The notes: generated from the sequence alone by a model not told the origin. A DNA stretch of 64,000 bases from a virus (IMGVR_UViG_3300047170_000049:32001-96000); one strand, 5' to 3'. Positions 37,647-46,722 are shown, numbered from the stretch's first letter. Numbers and translations: made by a program.

Positions 37647-39724
37647 TATTTATCCCAGTTGTGCGTCGCGTTCATCATAACGTGCTTATCGTCAATAAGT
37701 ACGTCTTGTGCAGGTTTAACATCATGCTTCTCGTTTTTAACTGAAGCAGGTGAACGTTCGGCGTTCATTGCAAAGTTGCCTAATTTCTTAAATTTGTTAA
37801 ATTTTACCACATAAGGATGGTTCTTGATTTCATCGGGGGTAGCATCAAGTGCGTGGGTAATCCCATTGTACCAAGCGTAAGCCGCTTTATCATGGTCGTT
37901 ACCAAAGCGGTTTAAAAGCCTATGCCAATGGGCATGGACTAATTGCTCTTCCATTTTCTTATTTCCTAAAACCAACTTGGAAATTTTCTCTTGGTCCATC
38001 TTAGGGTCCATTGAGCCAAGTTCAGGATAGAGCTTTTTAATGTGGGGATTCTTCTGGGCAGTCTCAACAATAGTAATAGGCATAAGGCCGTAAGAGCCTA
38101 TGGCTTTCGTGCCAGTGTTGATGCCGTGTACAACTTCAGCGTGCTTTAAATTTTTACCGTTAGAAGATTCAATATTCTTGATGGCATCTAAATCGCCCTT
38201 GGCAGTGTCAACTACTTGGATACCAGGCTGACTCTTATCTTGGCTACTTAAAGCCGTAGGAGCGCCGAGCATTGACATTGCCGTGATAACGTTCATAGCT
38301 TTTGTCTTCATGTTCTTATCCAACCCTTCTGATAAAAGTGTATCATAAGGCTGGCTTAAAGTCTCTATTTTGCTTATTTCCGTATTTTTCCTAACGTTTT
38401 CAATGGCTTTGAGCTTATCTTTTTTAGTAAGCTCCGCTTTCTTAGTGTCTTCAGTGGCTAAAGCCCAGTCAGGAAGCAAACCAGCTTTCTGGTCAGCGTA
38501 AATTGTTTGCGCGGGGTTAGCTCTATTGTGCGCTGCGTGCTTACCAAAGTTAACCCATGAGTTCTGGCCGCGTGTTTCTGAGGTCAGGGCCTTTTGTGCT
38601 TGAGGTGAATACATCTGCTTATGGCTAAGGTATGCGTTCTCTTCGCCTTTGGGACCAAATCCATAACCTTCTTTAGCGTGGCCAAAATAATCGTGGACTA
38701 TACGGAAGAGGTCGTTAGCGGGTAAGTCTTCGCCATTATGAATAACGCCTGAAGGTTTGAGCATTGGGTGATTGGAGTATAGTGAATCTCCAGAACCAAA
38801 ACCTTGTTCGGTAGGGTAGTACCACATATGATTGTTTTGGCGAACGTCTTGGAGCATATCTTTAGATGATTTATAGGGATTAGCCATGTCTGGTCTAATC
38901 TTACTGATTTTTAAACCAGCATTTTTAATGTGATGAAATTGTTCTGCCGTTTCATTGATTAGTGCATTGTAGGCACGTTTAGTTTCAGGATGGTCAGGGG
39001 TGTGGGGCATGGCTTCGTAGGCCGCTGCAATGTTCTTAGCACGAGGCACGTTGACTTCTGCTTGGGTGTCTGGATGATTTAAAGTCAAACCTTTCGACTT
39101 GGCGTAATTGTTAGCGACGCTTCTAATTTTAATATCGGGTTGAGTTGGGGTAGGTGGCTTGAACGCATCTGCCTTGCGAAGGTTACGGTACTCAATCTCG
39201 CCCTTGGCCATCTTATAGCCATTGGCATTAGGCTGCTTGTCAGACCAAAGGACTTTATCTTCTTTCCAAAGCTCTAATGGCTTAACCTTGACGTTTAATT
39301 TGTGTTGGGGCATTCCCGCTTGGACTTTATCCCAAAGGTCCTTATCCACCGTTATATGAGGCTGGAACGTGGGAAATTTATCTGGGCCATAATGGTCTTG
39401 AAGCTTCTTGTTGGCTTCTTCCATATGTTTGATACCAGGGCCTACGAGCTTAAGGACGTGCCATGTCTTACCTTCTGGGGTATTAAACTTATGGGGCACT
39501 AGCTGGAATTGGTCAGGAGGGGTTGTATTGAGTTGATTTAGGTGGTGTTCCATTTGCTTCACGTCGGGCTCATGGGCTCCTAAGTTTCTTAGGGTGACGT
39601 GGTACTTACCGCCATTTTCTGGATTGATAGCTTGGCCGTTGATATGAACGGGCCACATCAAATAGTGCTCTTTCCACGCTGGGTCTTGCGCTTTTACATT
39701 TGAAACACTAGTCTTCGTGGGCAT
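37646..39724 (-). CDS. multidomain protein: 2H phosphoesterase + HDxxGH domain + lytic transglycosylase-like
   Basis: HVTL and HITV; FRIVHDYFGH; IESSNG...AIGSYGLMP...YAWYNG. Confidence 0.75.
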   Translation of the reverse strand: MPTKTSVSNVKAQDPAWKEHYLMWPVHINGQAINPENGGKYHVTLRNLGAHEPDVKQMEHHLNQLNTTPPDQFQLVPHKFNTPEGKTWHVLKLVGPGIKHMEEANKKLQDHYGPDKFPTFQPHITVDKDLWDKVQAGMPQHKLNVKVKPLELWKEDKVLWSDKQPNANGYKMAKGEIEYRNLRKADAFKPPTPTQPDIKIRSVANNYAKSKGLTLNHPDTQAEVNVPRAKNIAAAYEAMPHTPDHPETKRAYNALINETAEQFHHIKNAGLKISKIRPDMANPYKSSKDMLQDVRQNNHMWYYPTEQGFGSGDSLYSNHPMLKPSGVIHNGEDLPANDLFRIVHDYFGHAKEGYGFGPKGEENAYLSHKQMYSPQAQKALTSETRGQNSWVNFGKHAAHNRANPAQTIYADQKAGLLPDWALATEDTKKAELTKKDKLKAIENVRKNTEISKIETLSQPYDTLLSEGLDKNMKTKAMNVITAMSMLGAPTALSSQDKSQPGIQVVDTAKGDLDAIKNIESSNGKNLKHAEVVHGINTGTKAIGSYGLMPITIVETAQKNPHIKKLYPELGSMDPKMDQEKISKLVLGNKKMEEQLVHAHWHRLLNRFGNDHDKAAYAWYNGITHALDATPDEIKNHPYVVKFNKFKKLGNFAMNAERSPASVKNEKHDVKPAQDVLIDDKHVMMNATHNWDK

Positions 39725-39759
39725 TTCTTAATTCCTTAATCTTCTTATGTACTTAAGCT

Positions 39760-39790
39760 ATTAAGATTCTTATATAACCTATCGGAAGCA
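39760..39790 (-). promoter_or_regulatory. late promoter motif copy 8 (variant)
   Basis: ATTAAGATTC-TTATA-TAA-CCTAT-CGGAAG. Confidence 0.6.
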
Positions 39791-39827
39791 TTCAGGAATA
39801 CTTAAGGGATTTATTGTGATTATTTCC

Positions 39828-39854
39828 TAAAGTTTTAACAAAAATTGCCGAATA
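39828..39854 (+). promoter_or_regulatory. sigma28/FliA-like promoter
   Basis: TAAA-GTTTTAACAAAAATT(15)-GCCGAATA. Confidence 0.7.
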
Positions 39855-39866
39855 GTAATATGAAAG

Positions 39867-40082
39867 GTGGTTGTTATGAAAGCAACGTATGTGGTTAAAT
39901 ATACGAAAATTTTCATGAAAGACGCACAACGCTTAAATGAACAATTATGTCAGGTTCAATTCGAGGATAAAGAGAAGGCCAAGGATTTTAAAGAAGAGCT
40001 AGGCATTGAGGCAGGTAAGACCTACCCCACAGGCTTTGGTTGTTTTTATTATGTAGATGAAGCTGAAATTTTAGTTTTGTGA
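39867..40082 (+). CDS. hypothetical protein (probable start ATG 39876)
   Basis: RBS AAGGTGG after sigma28-like promoter. Confidence 0.55.
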   Translation: MVVMKATYVVKYTKIFMKDAQRLNEQLCQVQFEDKEKAKDFKEELGIEAGKTYPTGFGCFYYVDEAEILVL

Positions 40083-40088
40083 GGTCGT

Positions 40089-40697
40089 ATGGCTAAGGTG
40101 GTTAATTTATATAGTTCTTTTGGTTTTTGGACTGAAAACTCTGCGCGATTCCCAAATTTACTTCATAGGTTGGGAATTGAAGTAAACCCAGGACGTTCGT
40201 TAACTTTCAACAAAACATTAGAAGAAATGGAAGCGATTGCAAATGAGCTTGGCTTTACCCCACTTCCAATAGTTCAAGTGGCCTATGGTGATAAAATGCC
40301 ACAAGAAGAGATGGGTAAAATTATTATGGAAGGCAAGTGTGCAGTTGATTTAATCTACTCACACGATTGGGTTAGCCATCTGTTTGCATACTTATTGATG
40401 ACGCCTAAACTTAAACATAACTTACAAGACTTGGTGGTAAATCTACCTCCAGATGGGAAATCTTCCGAATTAACAAAGCAAACCTCTGTTTTTGATGTGC
40501 TTACCGCATTATCAATAACGGAATTATCTACCCAAAAAAATGATGAGGATTTTGCAAAATTTGTTAAATATGCTTTAGAGGCATACGGGGGTGCAAAAGT
40601 TCACATTGAGAATGTGGGTGGATTCGTACACAATTTCAAAGAAGCTAGGGAGAAGGTTTACGAGGTGGAGAATTTTCTAGCGCAGAAAGCCGCTTAG
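40089..40697 (+). CDS. hypothetical protein
   Basis: RBS GAGG; HDWVSH possible metal site. Confidence 0.6.
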   Translation: MAKVVNLYSSFGFWTENSARFPNLLHRLGIEVNPGRSLTFNKTLEEMEAIANELGFTPLPIVQVAYGDKMPQEEMGKIIMEGKCAVDLIYSHDWVSHLFAYLLMTPKLKHNLQDLVVNLPPDGKSSELTKQTSVFDVLTALSITELSTQKNDEDFAKFVKYALEAYGGAKVHIENVGGFVHNFKEAREKVYEVENFLAQKAA

Positions 40698-41602
40698 AAA
40701 TTAGTCATGTAGACTTTTTTGCCCCACATTGCCTTTAGAACGTCCATGATGCTTTCACGCTTGGCTTCCAATTCTTGTGCGCGTAACGCATAGATTTGAT
40801 TACCAGGACCGCTAACGCCTTGGCTAATACCGTCAATACCAATACTTTGAGAGTTGAAACGATAGAGAGGGCCAAGCATGGATAGAACATCTAATGCAGC
40901 GGTGACGCCGATGATGTCATTAATGATTCCAGGGACCGCATTTTCTTCAAACCCGAATGTAGCGCGTATGTAGAAAAATGAGGGAATCCACTGGAGTCTT
41001 GAGAAGACCGCGAATAATGCAGCGGCAGGTCCTGAAGACGCACCAGCTACGATACCCGTGGAATTGAATGTGGTTTGCAAAGGAACTAAGTGGAGTAGAC
41101 CACGGTCAGCATAGGTTAAATCAACCCACTCTAATGGGAATTGATAAAACACCGTACCATCAGTGTCGATGTTACCAGCTTCATTTGAAATATATTGGCC
41201 GTTGATTGTTTGAGCACTATTAACGGCTCGAATAGATACTTCTTCTAGAGAGTACATATTCTTAAAGCCCATATCTAATTGGTTGTAACCTTGAAGATAC
41301 TTTGTGCGGTCGAAATCTTTACGAATGGTACGTTGAACTTGTGTAATATCAACCTTGCATTCAGTTTCAACGCGTGACGTAGCACGGGCTAGTAAATCTT
41401 TTAAAGTGTCATCGTCGAGAACTTGCTTAGTGTAAGGGTGGACCAAGGGGATGCCGAATAGAAATTGCTTTTTAAATTTGTCAACGGAAAGCATAGGCTC
41501 AACACGAGCATAGCCAGCGGTTCCATTCTCACCGTTAAACTTTGAGACTTTTTGTGGAAATCCACCAAATGTATTTTTCTTTGAATTACTATAATCAGCC
41601 AT
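40694..41602 (-). CDS. head-tail adaptor (connector) protein
   Basis: FLFGIPL, Y...GF...VP..I, SQSIGIDGISQGVS motif of gp15/gp6-type adaptors. Confidence 0.7.
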   Translation of the reverse strand: MADYSNSKKNTFGGFPQKVSKFNGENGTAGYARVEPMLSVDKFKKQFLFGIPLVHPYTKQVLDDDTLKDLLARATSRVETECKVDITQVQRTIRKDFDRTKYLQGYNQLDMGFKNMYSLEEVSIRAVNSAQTINGQYISNEAGNIDTDGTVFYQFPLEWVDLTYADRGLLHLVPLQTTFNSTGIVAGASSGPAAALFAVFSRLQWIPSFFYIRATFGFEENAVPGIINDIIGVTAALDVLSMLGPLYRFNSQSIGIDGISQGVSGPGNQIYALRAQELEAKRESIMDVLKAMWGKKVYMTNF

Positions 41603-41745
41603 CTTTTTTCTCTATCTCTTTACGAATTCGCTTCTTAGCTTGCATTCGTTCTTGGTGTTTATATTTTTTGTAAGTCTTACCCTTGACTTTCATATCAGCG
41701 CCGTTGTTTTCAATTAACGTGCGGTGACCACCCATAGGCTTCATC

Positions 41746-42153
41746 TTAGCACTGGTAAAGTGACTGAGGCTGCATAATGAGTACATTATACCCAACTGCA
41801 ATCTTAGTGTTAGCACCTTCGATAAGGGTAACGTTGATATTAACTCCAGCCATATTTTGGGTATCGGCTTGAGCTAAGTTAAAAGCCCAGATTGATGGGT
41901 CTTGTGAGAAGGGCTGGTACATTGTTTTTGTTACGGTGTTAGCATCGTTAATGGAATTAATTACGGCAGTAGCTGTAGCTCCAGTTGCAGGCATGTAGCG
42001 ATTGCCCCATTTGGAATAATCTTGAACGGTGTTTAAATCGACGAATTGTAAATAGATGGTAGTATTCTCACCAGGGAAGATAGTGAGTTGATTCATATAT
42101 TGAAGGTCGTTAACCGTGGTGCCTGAATCTAAAACGCGAAAGCCTAATCTCAT
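41746..42153 (-). CDS. putative Ig-like structural protein
   Basis: Beta-sandwich-like pattern; RBS GAGG. Confidence 0.55.
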   Translation of the reverse strand: MRLGFRVLDSGTTVNDLQYMNQLTIFPGENTTIYLQFVDLNTVQDYSKWGNRYMPATGATATAVINSINDANTVTKTMYQPFSQDPSIWAFNLAQADTQNMAGVNINVTLIEGANTKIAVGYNVLIMQPQSLYQC

Positions 42154-42162
42154 GTGTGCCTC

Positions 42163-42474
42163 TTAAAGCTTGAAGACCATTTTAATTGCACCAGCAATAA
42201 TACCGCTGAGAATGGTCCATAGAATTTTGTTTTGTAGCTTTGTATCTTTTTGAAGGGCAGATAGTTGTTCTTTTTGGTGTTCTTGATTGTTTTCAAAGAG
42301 TATGACTTTTTCAGCCAACATCTTTTGGGTGCTAATGATTTGCTTTAACAGTTCGTCACGCTCTTCACCCGCTTGTTTGATGTAATCAAGCTCAGTGCGT
42401 AATTTAATTAAATCTGTGCGAACCGATATTTCTTTGTTCAAGTTAGACCTGCCGTTACTGGACATTCTTATCAA
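42163..42474 (-). CDS. coiled-coil protein with C-terminal TM (XhlA/holin-like)
   Basis: Coiled coil plus one terminal hydrophobic helix; after late promoter. Confidence 0.5.
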   Translation of the reverse strand: MIRMSSNGRSNLNKEISVRTDLIKLRTELDYIKQAGEERDELLKQIISTQKMLAEKVILFENNQEHQKEQLSALQKDTKLQNKILWTILSGIIAGAIKMVFKL

Positions 42475-42505
42475 TCCTTTGATTTCATTAGCGAATAGAT
42501 ACTAT

Positions 42506-42536
42506 ATTAAGATTTGGAGCTAAGATATTGGAATGA
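42506..42536 (-). promoter_or_regulatory. late promoter motif copy 9
   Basis: ATTAAGATTT-GGAGC-TAA-GATAT-TGGAAT. Confidence 0.7.
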
Positions 42537-42574
42537 TTGGGGTTTGGCGGGTCGAAACTAATACGGAGATTTTC

Positions 42575-42943
42575 CTAATTGATTTTAAGAACTTCCCAAT
42601 TAGGCTTGGCATCGGTGGTAAAGTAGACATTAGCCACCCCTGCCTGTTTTAGGAGTTCCATACAATGAATGCAGGGTTTGGCCATGGCAGGCAGGCCAGT
42701 CTTGTATTCTCTATAGACATAGGCGTCGGCACCCCTAATCTCCGCATCTTTCGCGGCGATTATTGCAGCAAGCTCCGCATGAACGGTATTAAACGGTACG
42801 GCACTTTTGGGGTGGGTCTTATTGGCTTTATTGAAGCCCACGGATAAGACCTTGTTTTTCTTAACTATTACACAAGCAAGCTGGTGCCTATAGGTAGACT
42901 TAAGGGCAATCTTCCTGCCTAGGGCAAAGAACTTGAATTTCAC
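42575..42943 (-). CDS. Zn-dependent deaminase (dCMP/cytidine deaminase family)
   Basis: HAE and KPCIHC motifs; probable GTG start 42943. Confidence 0.85.
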   Translation of the reverse strand: MKFKFFALGRKIALKSTYRHQLACVIVKKNKVLSVGFNKANKTHPKSAVPFNTVHAELAAIIAAKDAEIRGADAYVYREYKTGLPAMAKPCIHCMELLKQAGVANVYFTTDAKPNWEVLKIN

Positions 42944-43108
42944 CTTAAACTCGCTTTGTTTTAACTTCTTTAGGTTCGGCTTCAATTTCTTCAATAGCAA
43001 GCTCATCGCACCATAATTCATAGTCGCGCTGACACACTTCACATGCGTCCTCAAAGGTGAGAAGCTTTTCCTCACACTTGCATTTTTTAGTCTTGCTATC
43101 GTATTTCA

Positions 43109-43348
43109 TCAAAGCTTACCAATATGCCCACTCACGTTATCCCAAAAGTTAGCCAACTTGGTGTAGTGCTTCTGGTCTTCCTTGCTGAGGGCAGCATCCG
43201 TAGACTTAGTGCGGCTTACTAGGGCTAGATTCTTAACATTGATTAAAGCCTTGTCGCGTGAGCCAACATTTGCGGCATACGCCTTTGCAAACTCAGTCGC
43301 ATTGACTTTATCGTTCTTAGGCTTTCTGTGCTTTTTTGCGCTTTGCAT
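43109..43348 (-). CDS. hypothetical protein
   Basis: RBS GGGAG. Confidence 0.5.
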   Translation of the reverse strand: MQSAKKHRKPKNDKVNATEFAKAYAANVGSRDKALINVKNLALVSRTKSTDAALSKEDQKHYTKLANFWDNVSGHIGKL

Positions 43349-43556
43349 TCTTAACTCCCTTAAGTTTTAAAGATGATTGTGTTTGTAATCGGCCTACAGT
43401 GTAATATGTGTAAAATGAAAAGTAAAGAAAAAGTGCATAGGTCAGGAATGGGTCGCGTTTGACTAGAATCAATCCTTCGTAGGAGGCGGCCAGAATCTTA
43501 CCAAGGTAAAATCCAGCAAATAACGCGGTCAAAGTTAAAAGTAATTTCTTAAACAT
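43317..43556 (-). CDS. small membrane protein
   Basis: Two hydrophobic segments; RBS AGGAG. Confidence 0.55.
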   Translation of the reverse strand: MFKKLLLTLTALFAGFYLGKILAASYEGLILVKRDPFLTYALFLYFSFYTYYTVGRLQTQSSLKLKGVKNAKRKKAQKA

Positions 43557-43566
43557 GCTTATCTCC

Positions 43567-43851
43567 TTAAATTTTAATAGTTACAAGGCCAAGTGCTGCA
43601 GGCTGGTCATCAACCGCAATGTCAACTTGGATAGAACCCTTGCGCAGTACGGTAGCTTGCAGGCCAAGTTTATCACGCCACTGTTCAGCGTAATCTTGAC
43701 CGCCTCCACTCCAAATTATCATGTCGCATCCAATATCTTGAAAGCCACGGAATAAGTCAATTACCTTATGATTGGGAATGGTACGCCCTTGGTCATCTTG
43801 CTTAATGAGTGTATCGTCAATATCAAAGGCAACTTTTAAGTGCTTATTCAT
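43567..43851 (-). CDS. HAD-family small phosphatase
   Basis: FDIDDTL, WSGGG, VDD motifs. Confidence 0.8.
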   Translation of the reverse strand: MNKHLKVAFDIDDTLIKQDDQGRTIPNHKVIDLFRGFQDIGCDMIIWSGGGQDYAEQWRDKLGLQATVLRKGSIQVDIAVDDQPAALGLVTIKI

Positions 43852-43852
43852 A

Positions 43853-44431
43853 TTAATAACTCACAGTCCATGCTTTGGTTGTTGCATTGTAATTTGCAAA
43901 ACCAGGGTTATAGGTGGCATGACCATCTTGGGTAGTTCCATCCCAAACCATACTACGGTTACCGCTACTATCAGTGGTCAAAGTAAACTTACATTTGGAG
44001 GTATCGGTATCAAAGTAAGTATTATCGGGCATAAGAATATTAGCTGATTGACTTGCGTCACTCAAGTTGCCAACAAAGTAAGCAAATACCCCACCGCCAA
44101 AAAGTCCAAGTAAGGCTTCTTTGTAGGTAGCCGAGTTAGGCCCACACGGGGTGATTGCAATGGTAGGAGTTAAATTTGCTGCGCTACCGTTTGATACCGT
44201 CCCATTACAAATTACGGAGCTTTGTGTAACTTCAGTTGAGTCAAGAACATTATTGCCATTTGCATCTAATCCAGTGGCAATCAAAGTTCCACCGTAGAGA
44301 CATTGAGACCCAGGATTAATGCCCGTTATGTTGATTAAGCTATTTAAGCCGTTAGACCCGTTAGCACCTGTAAAATTACGGTTCGGTCCACAACCTACTA
44401 CCAATAACAAAGCCAAAAATAATCTTTTCAT
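43853..44431 (-). CDS. lipoprotein with G.NGLNSL...C..GG...GLDxNGNNVLD module
   Basis: Lipobox VVGC after a short signal peptide. Confidence 0.7.
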   Translation of the reverse strand: MKRLFLALLLVVGCGPNRNFTGANGSNGLNSLINITGINPGSQCLYGGTLIATGLDANGNNVLDSTEVTQSSVICNGTVSNGSAANLTPTIAITPCGPNSATYKEALLGLFGGGVFAYFVGNLSDASQSANILMPDNTYFDTDTSKCKFTLTTDSSGNRSMVWDGTTQDGHATYNPGFANYNATTKAWTVSY

Positions 44432-44440
44432 TTTATTCTC

Positions 44441-46198
44441 CTATAAGTTGGGTAATACGTTAATTTCATTTCCATCTGCACCAGGAATGGTATAAATTCC
44501 ATTCACAGGCGGTGGCACTTCCAAAACTTCTGGAGGTGTCACAGGTACAACTTGAATCGTGTTGGCCGCTCCTTGCGCTACCTCAATCGCGCCGTTTCTT
44601 ATGGTTAAAGGCACTTGGTTACCGTTAGGGTCGGTGTAGGTTAAAACCCCATCGTAATTAACATAAAGACCGTTATTCAGTGCAAGACCATTACCACCAC
44701 CCACATTAACAATCAAACTGCCATCGTTTGGCTGTGTTTTAATATTTAGAGTCTTTAAAAACTCACGCACCTTAACCTCATCTTCTTTGTCGGCGGCTTG
44801 ATTATTGTGACTTCTAAATTCTACTATATTATTGTTCCTAACGTCAATGCAATATTTCAACTTACCTTCGTTATTCCTTATACCAACTATAACCAATTCG
44901 CCGTTAAGCATTCTTTCACCATAGGAAGCAACACAATTATTAAACTCTTGACCCCAGTCGTATAATTCCCATGTGTCTTTAGGGAAGCTAAGGACTAGGC
45001 CATCTTCAATCTGGTGATTATCAGCGGCAAGCCATTCAGGGTTTAAAGTGAATACTTTCTTTTCTGTCTTAAATTTACGGTACTGTCGTGAAACGTAGTC
45101 ATGGAGTTCGCCAAGTGTCTTAAAATCTTCTGGTAAAACTATATCGTTTTCATGCTCCAAATATTGCCTAGTCGTATCCATCAAGTAGCCTTCTTGATAA
45201 GCCGTAAGCATAATCTTTTTAATCTTAAAAGGGCTAAACTTTGCTAAGAACTTTCTAATTTGTTCAGTCATACCAGGCTCAACTTCCGTAAATCCATTAA
45301 AGCCTTTGAAGTTTTCAGTCAAATCAATCAACGGAGCTTTCTCAACCACTTCATGAATGTAGTCGAGCGGGATTAAATCCTTAAGGAGAAATCCAAAATT
45401 AAAAACTTTTAGGCTGAGACGCTCAACCTGGTATAAAGGTGATGATGCCTGGTAATAATCTGAAACTGTCGAAAAGCCAGTGACTTGTGGCGTTATATTG
45501 TCAATTACCATATTGGGATTAAAAACAGCGTTGCCGCCAACTATGTTCATTGCACTAATGGCTTGGGTGTAATTATCGTTGCTTAGTTCATAAAGGCGAC
45601 TAGCAACTAATTTTGTAAGCTTAGGACCGCTAGACCCAAAAGCCTTCTCAATCGCATCTTTAAAAGATGTGAGCTTACCTAATTCAACAATACCCTTTTT
45701 AACTGTATGAACATCAGAGTTGGTAATATTAATGCAGTCCTTCCAAAGAACCTGTGTTATAGGACTCTCAAGACTATTGAAAACTGTATTGATAGAATCT
45801 TTATAGGGCAAAACAAATTTGTGGTCAGGCAAGAAGTGATTTCTTATATACTCTGCAATTGTTGCCTCAGTTTGGTCTTCAAATTTACCCCTGGTGTCAA
45901 CATAAACCTGACTAGTAGAAGTGAGCGTGTAATTATAAGAACTTGATGCTAATGCAAGTCCAGTTTGACGCTCACGCACCCTCTTTTCAAAAAGACCTGA
46001 CACAAAGCTAGCAGGGTGAACTTCGTATGCTACCCCATTCCATACCCAAAACTGTACAGAGCGGTCAGGGTAACGTTGTAGCTTAACTCGTGAGTTTGTG
46101 AGTGAGTTGGGATAATAAGACAAAATTTCTAAGCAATCTGGTTCTTTAGCCAGTGCGTATGCTTTTAAGTCTGAAGCGTCAACAATTACTTCTTGCAT
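44441..46198 (-). CDS. PcfJ-domain-containing protein
   Basis: LHD, PKDTWELYDWGQEFNNCVASY, EFRSHNNQ. Confidence 0.7.
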   Translation of the reverse strand: MQEVIVDASDLKAYALAKEPDCLEILSYYPNSLTNSRVKLQRYPDRSVQFWVWNGVAYEVHPASFVSGLFEKRVRERQTGLALASSSYNYTLTSTSQVYVDTRGKFEDQTEATIAEYIRNHFLPDHKFVLPYKDSINTVFNSLESPITQVLWKDCINITNSDVHTVKKGIVELGKLTSFKDAIEKAFGSSGPKLTKLVASRLYELSNDNYTQAISAMNIVGGNAVFNPNMVIDNITPQVTGFSTVSDYYQASSPLYQVERLSLKVFNFGFLLKDLIPLDYIHEVVEKAPLIDLTENFKGFNGFTEVEPGMTEQIRKFLAKFSPFKIKKIMLTAYQEGYLMDTTRQYLEHENDIVLPEDFKTLGELHDYVSRQYRKFKTEKKVFTLNPEWLAADNHQIEDGLVLSFPKDTWELYDWGQEFNNCVASYGERMLNGELVIVGIRNNEGKLKYCIDVRNNNIVEFRSHNNQAADKEDEVKVREFLKTLNIKTQPNDGSLIVNVGGGNGLALNNGLYVNYDGVLTYTDPNGNQVPLTIRNGAIEVAQGAANTIQVVPVTPPEVLEVPPPVNGIYTIPGADGNEINVLPNL

Positions 46199-46216
46199 CG
46201 TTCATCCTCAAGGGGT

Positions 46217-46274
46217 TTTGCAGGTATCGGGTGCGAACCGACGTTTAAGACCGCCAATCTTGTGTCCCTGCAAA
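46217..46274 (-). ncRNA. tRNA-like structured element lacking a D arm
   Basis: TTTGCAGG/CCTGCAAA stem, AAGA-TTGGCGG-TCTT arm, GTCGG-TTCGCAC-CCGAT T-like arm, intergenic. Confidence 0.4.
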
Positions 46275-46281
46275 CTTAAAA

Positions 46282-46713
46282 TCAAAGTGAGAGTAGGGTC
46301 AGCTTGCCTGCTTTAACCTTCGCAATTACATCACGGGCTTCTTTCACGGTGTGAACTTCTACTAAGATGGGTCGGCCACTCTTACCTTTGACGGTGAATG
46401 CACCATACATTTTTTCAGAGTCACTCTTACCTGAAGCCTGTTCTTCAAAGGCAGCAATTTGCTTTAGAATGGCTTTCTCTAAAGTGGTGACTTTACCTTT
46501 GACTGGAGATAATGCTTGAACTTTTGCTTCTAAAGTTTTTACTTTTTCCTTAAGGTCTGCAACTTCAATTCCCAATTCAGCATTCAAATCTTGCAAATCT
46601 CCATTGCGTTGAATCTCTTTTTCTAAATCGCGGTTGGCAGTCTTTAATTCAATTTTCAAATCAACAATTTGTTGGCTTTCTGTACTCTTAGGTTTACGGC
46701 TAAATAATCCCAT
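46282..46713 (-). CDS. coiled-coil hypothetical protein
   Basis: RBS AGGAG; heptads. Confidence 0.6.
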   Translation of the reverse strand: MGLFSRKPKSTESQQIVDLKIELKTANRDLEKEIQRNGDLQDLNAELGIEVADLKEKVKTLEAKVQALSPVKGKVTTLEKAILKQIAAFEEQASGKSDSEKMYGAFTVKGKSGRPILVEVHTVKEARDVIAKVKAGKLTLLSL

Positions 46714-46722
46714 TTTTATCTC

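Noticed and set aside
41595-41816. 73-aa ORF
   Set aside because: The 5' part overlaps 41746..42153; only a short basic peptide may be real
42944-43075. N-terminal extension of the deaminase in the ORF track
   Set aside because: The region is better explained by a separate ~54-aa Cys-containing ORF starting at 43109 in another frame; the deaminase likely starts at GTG 42943
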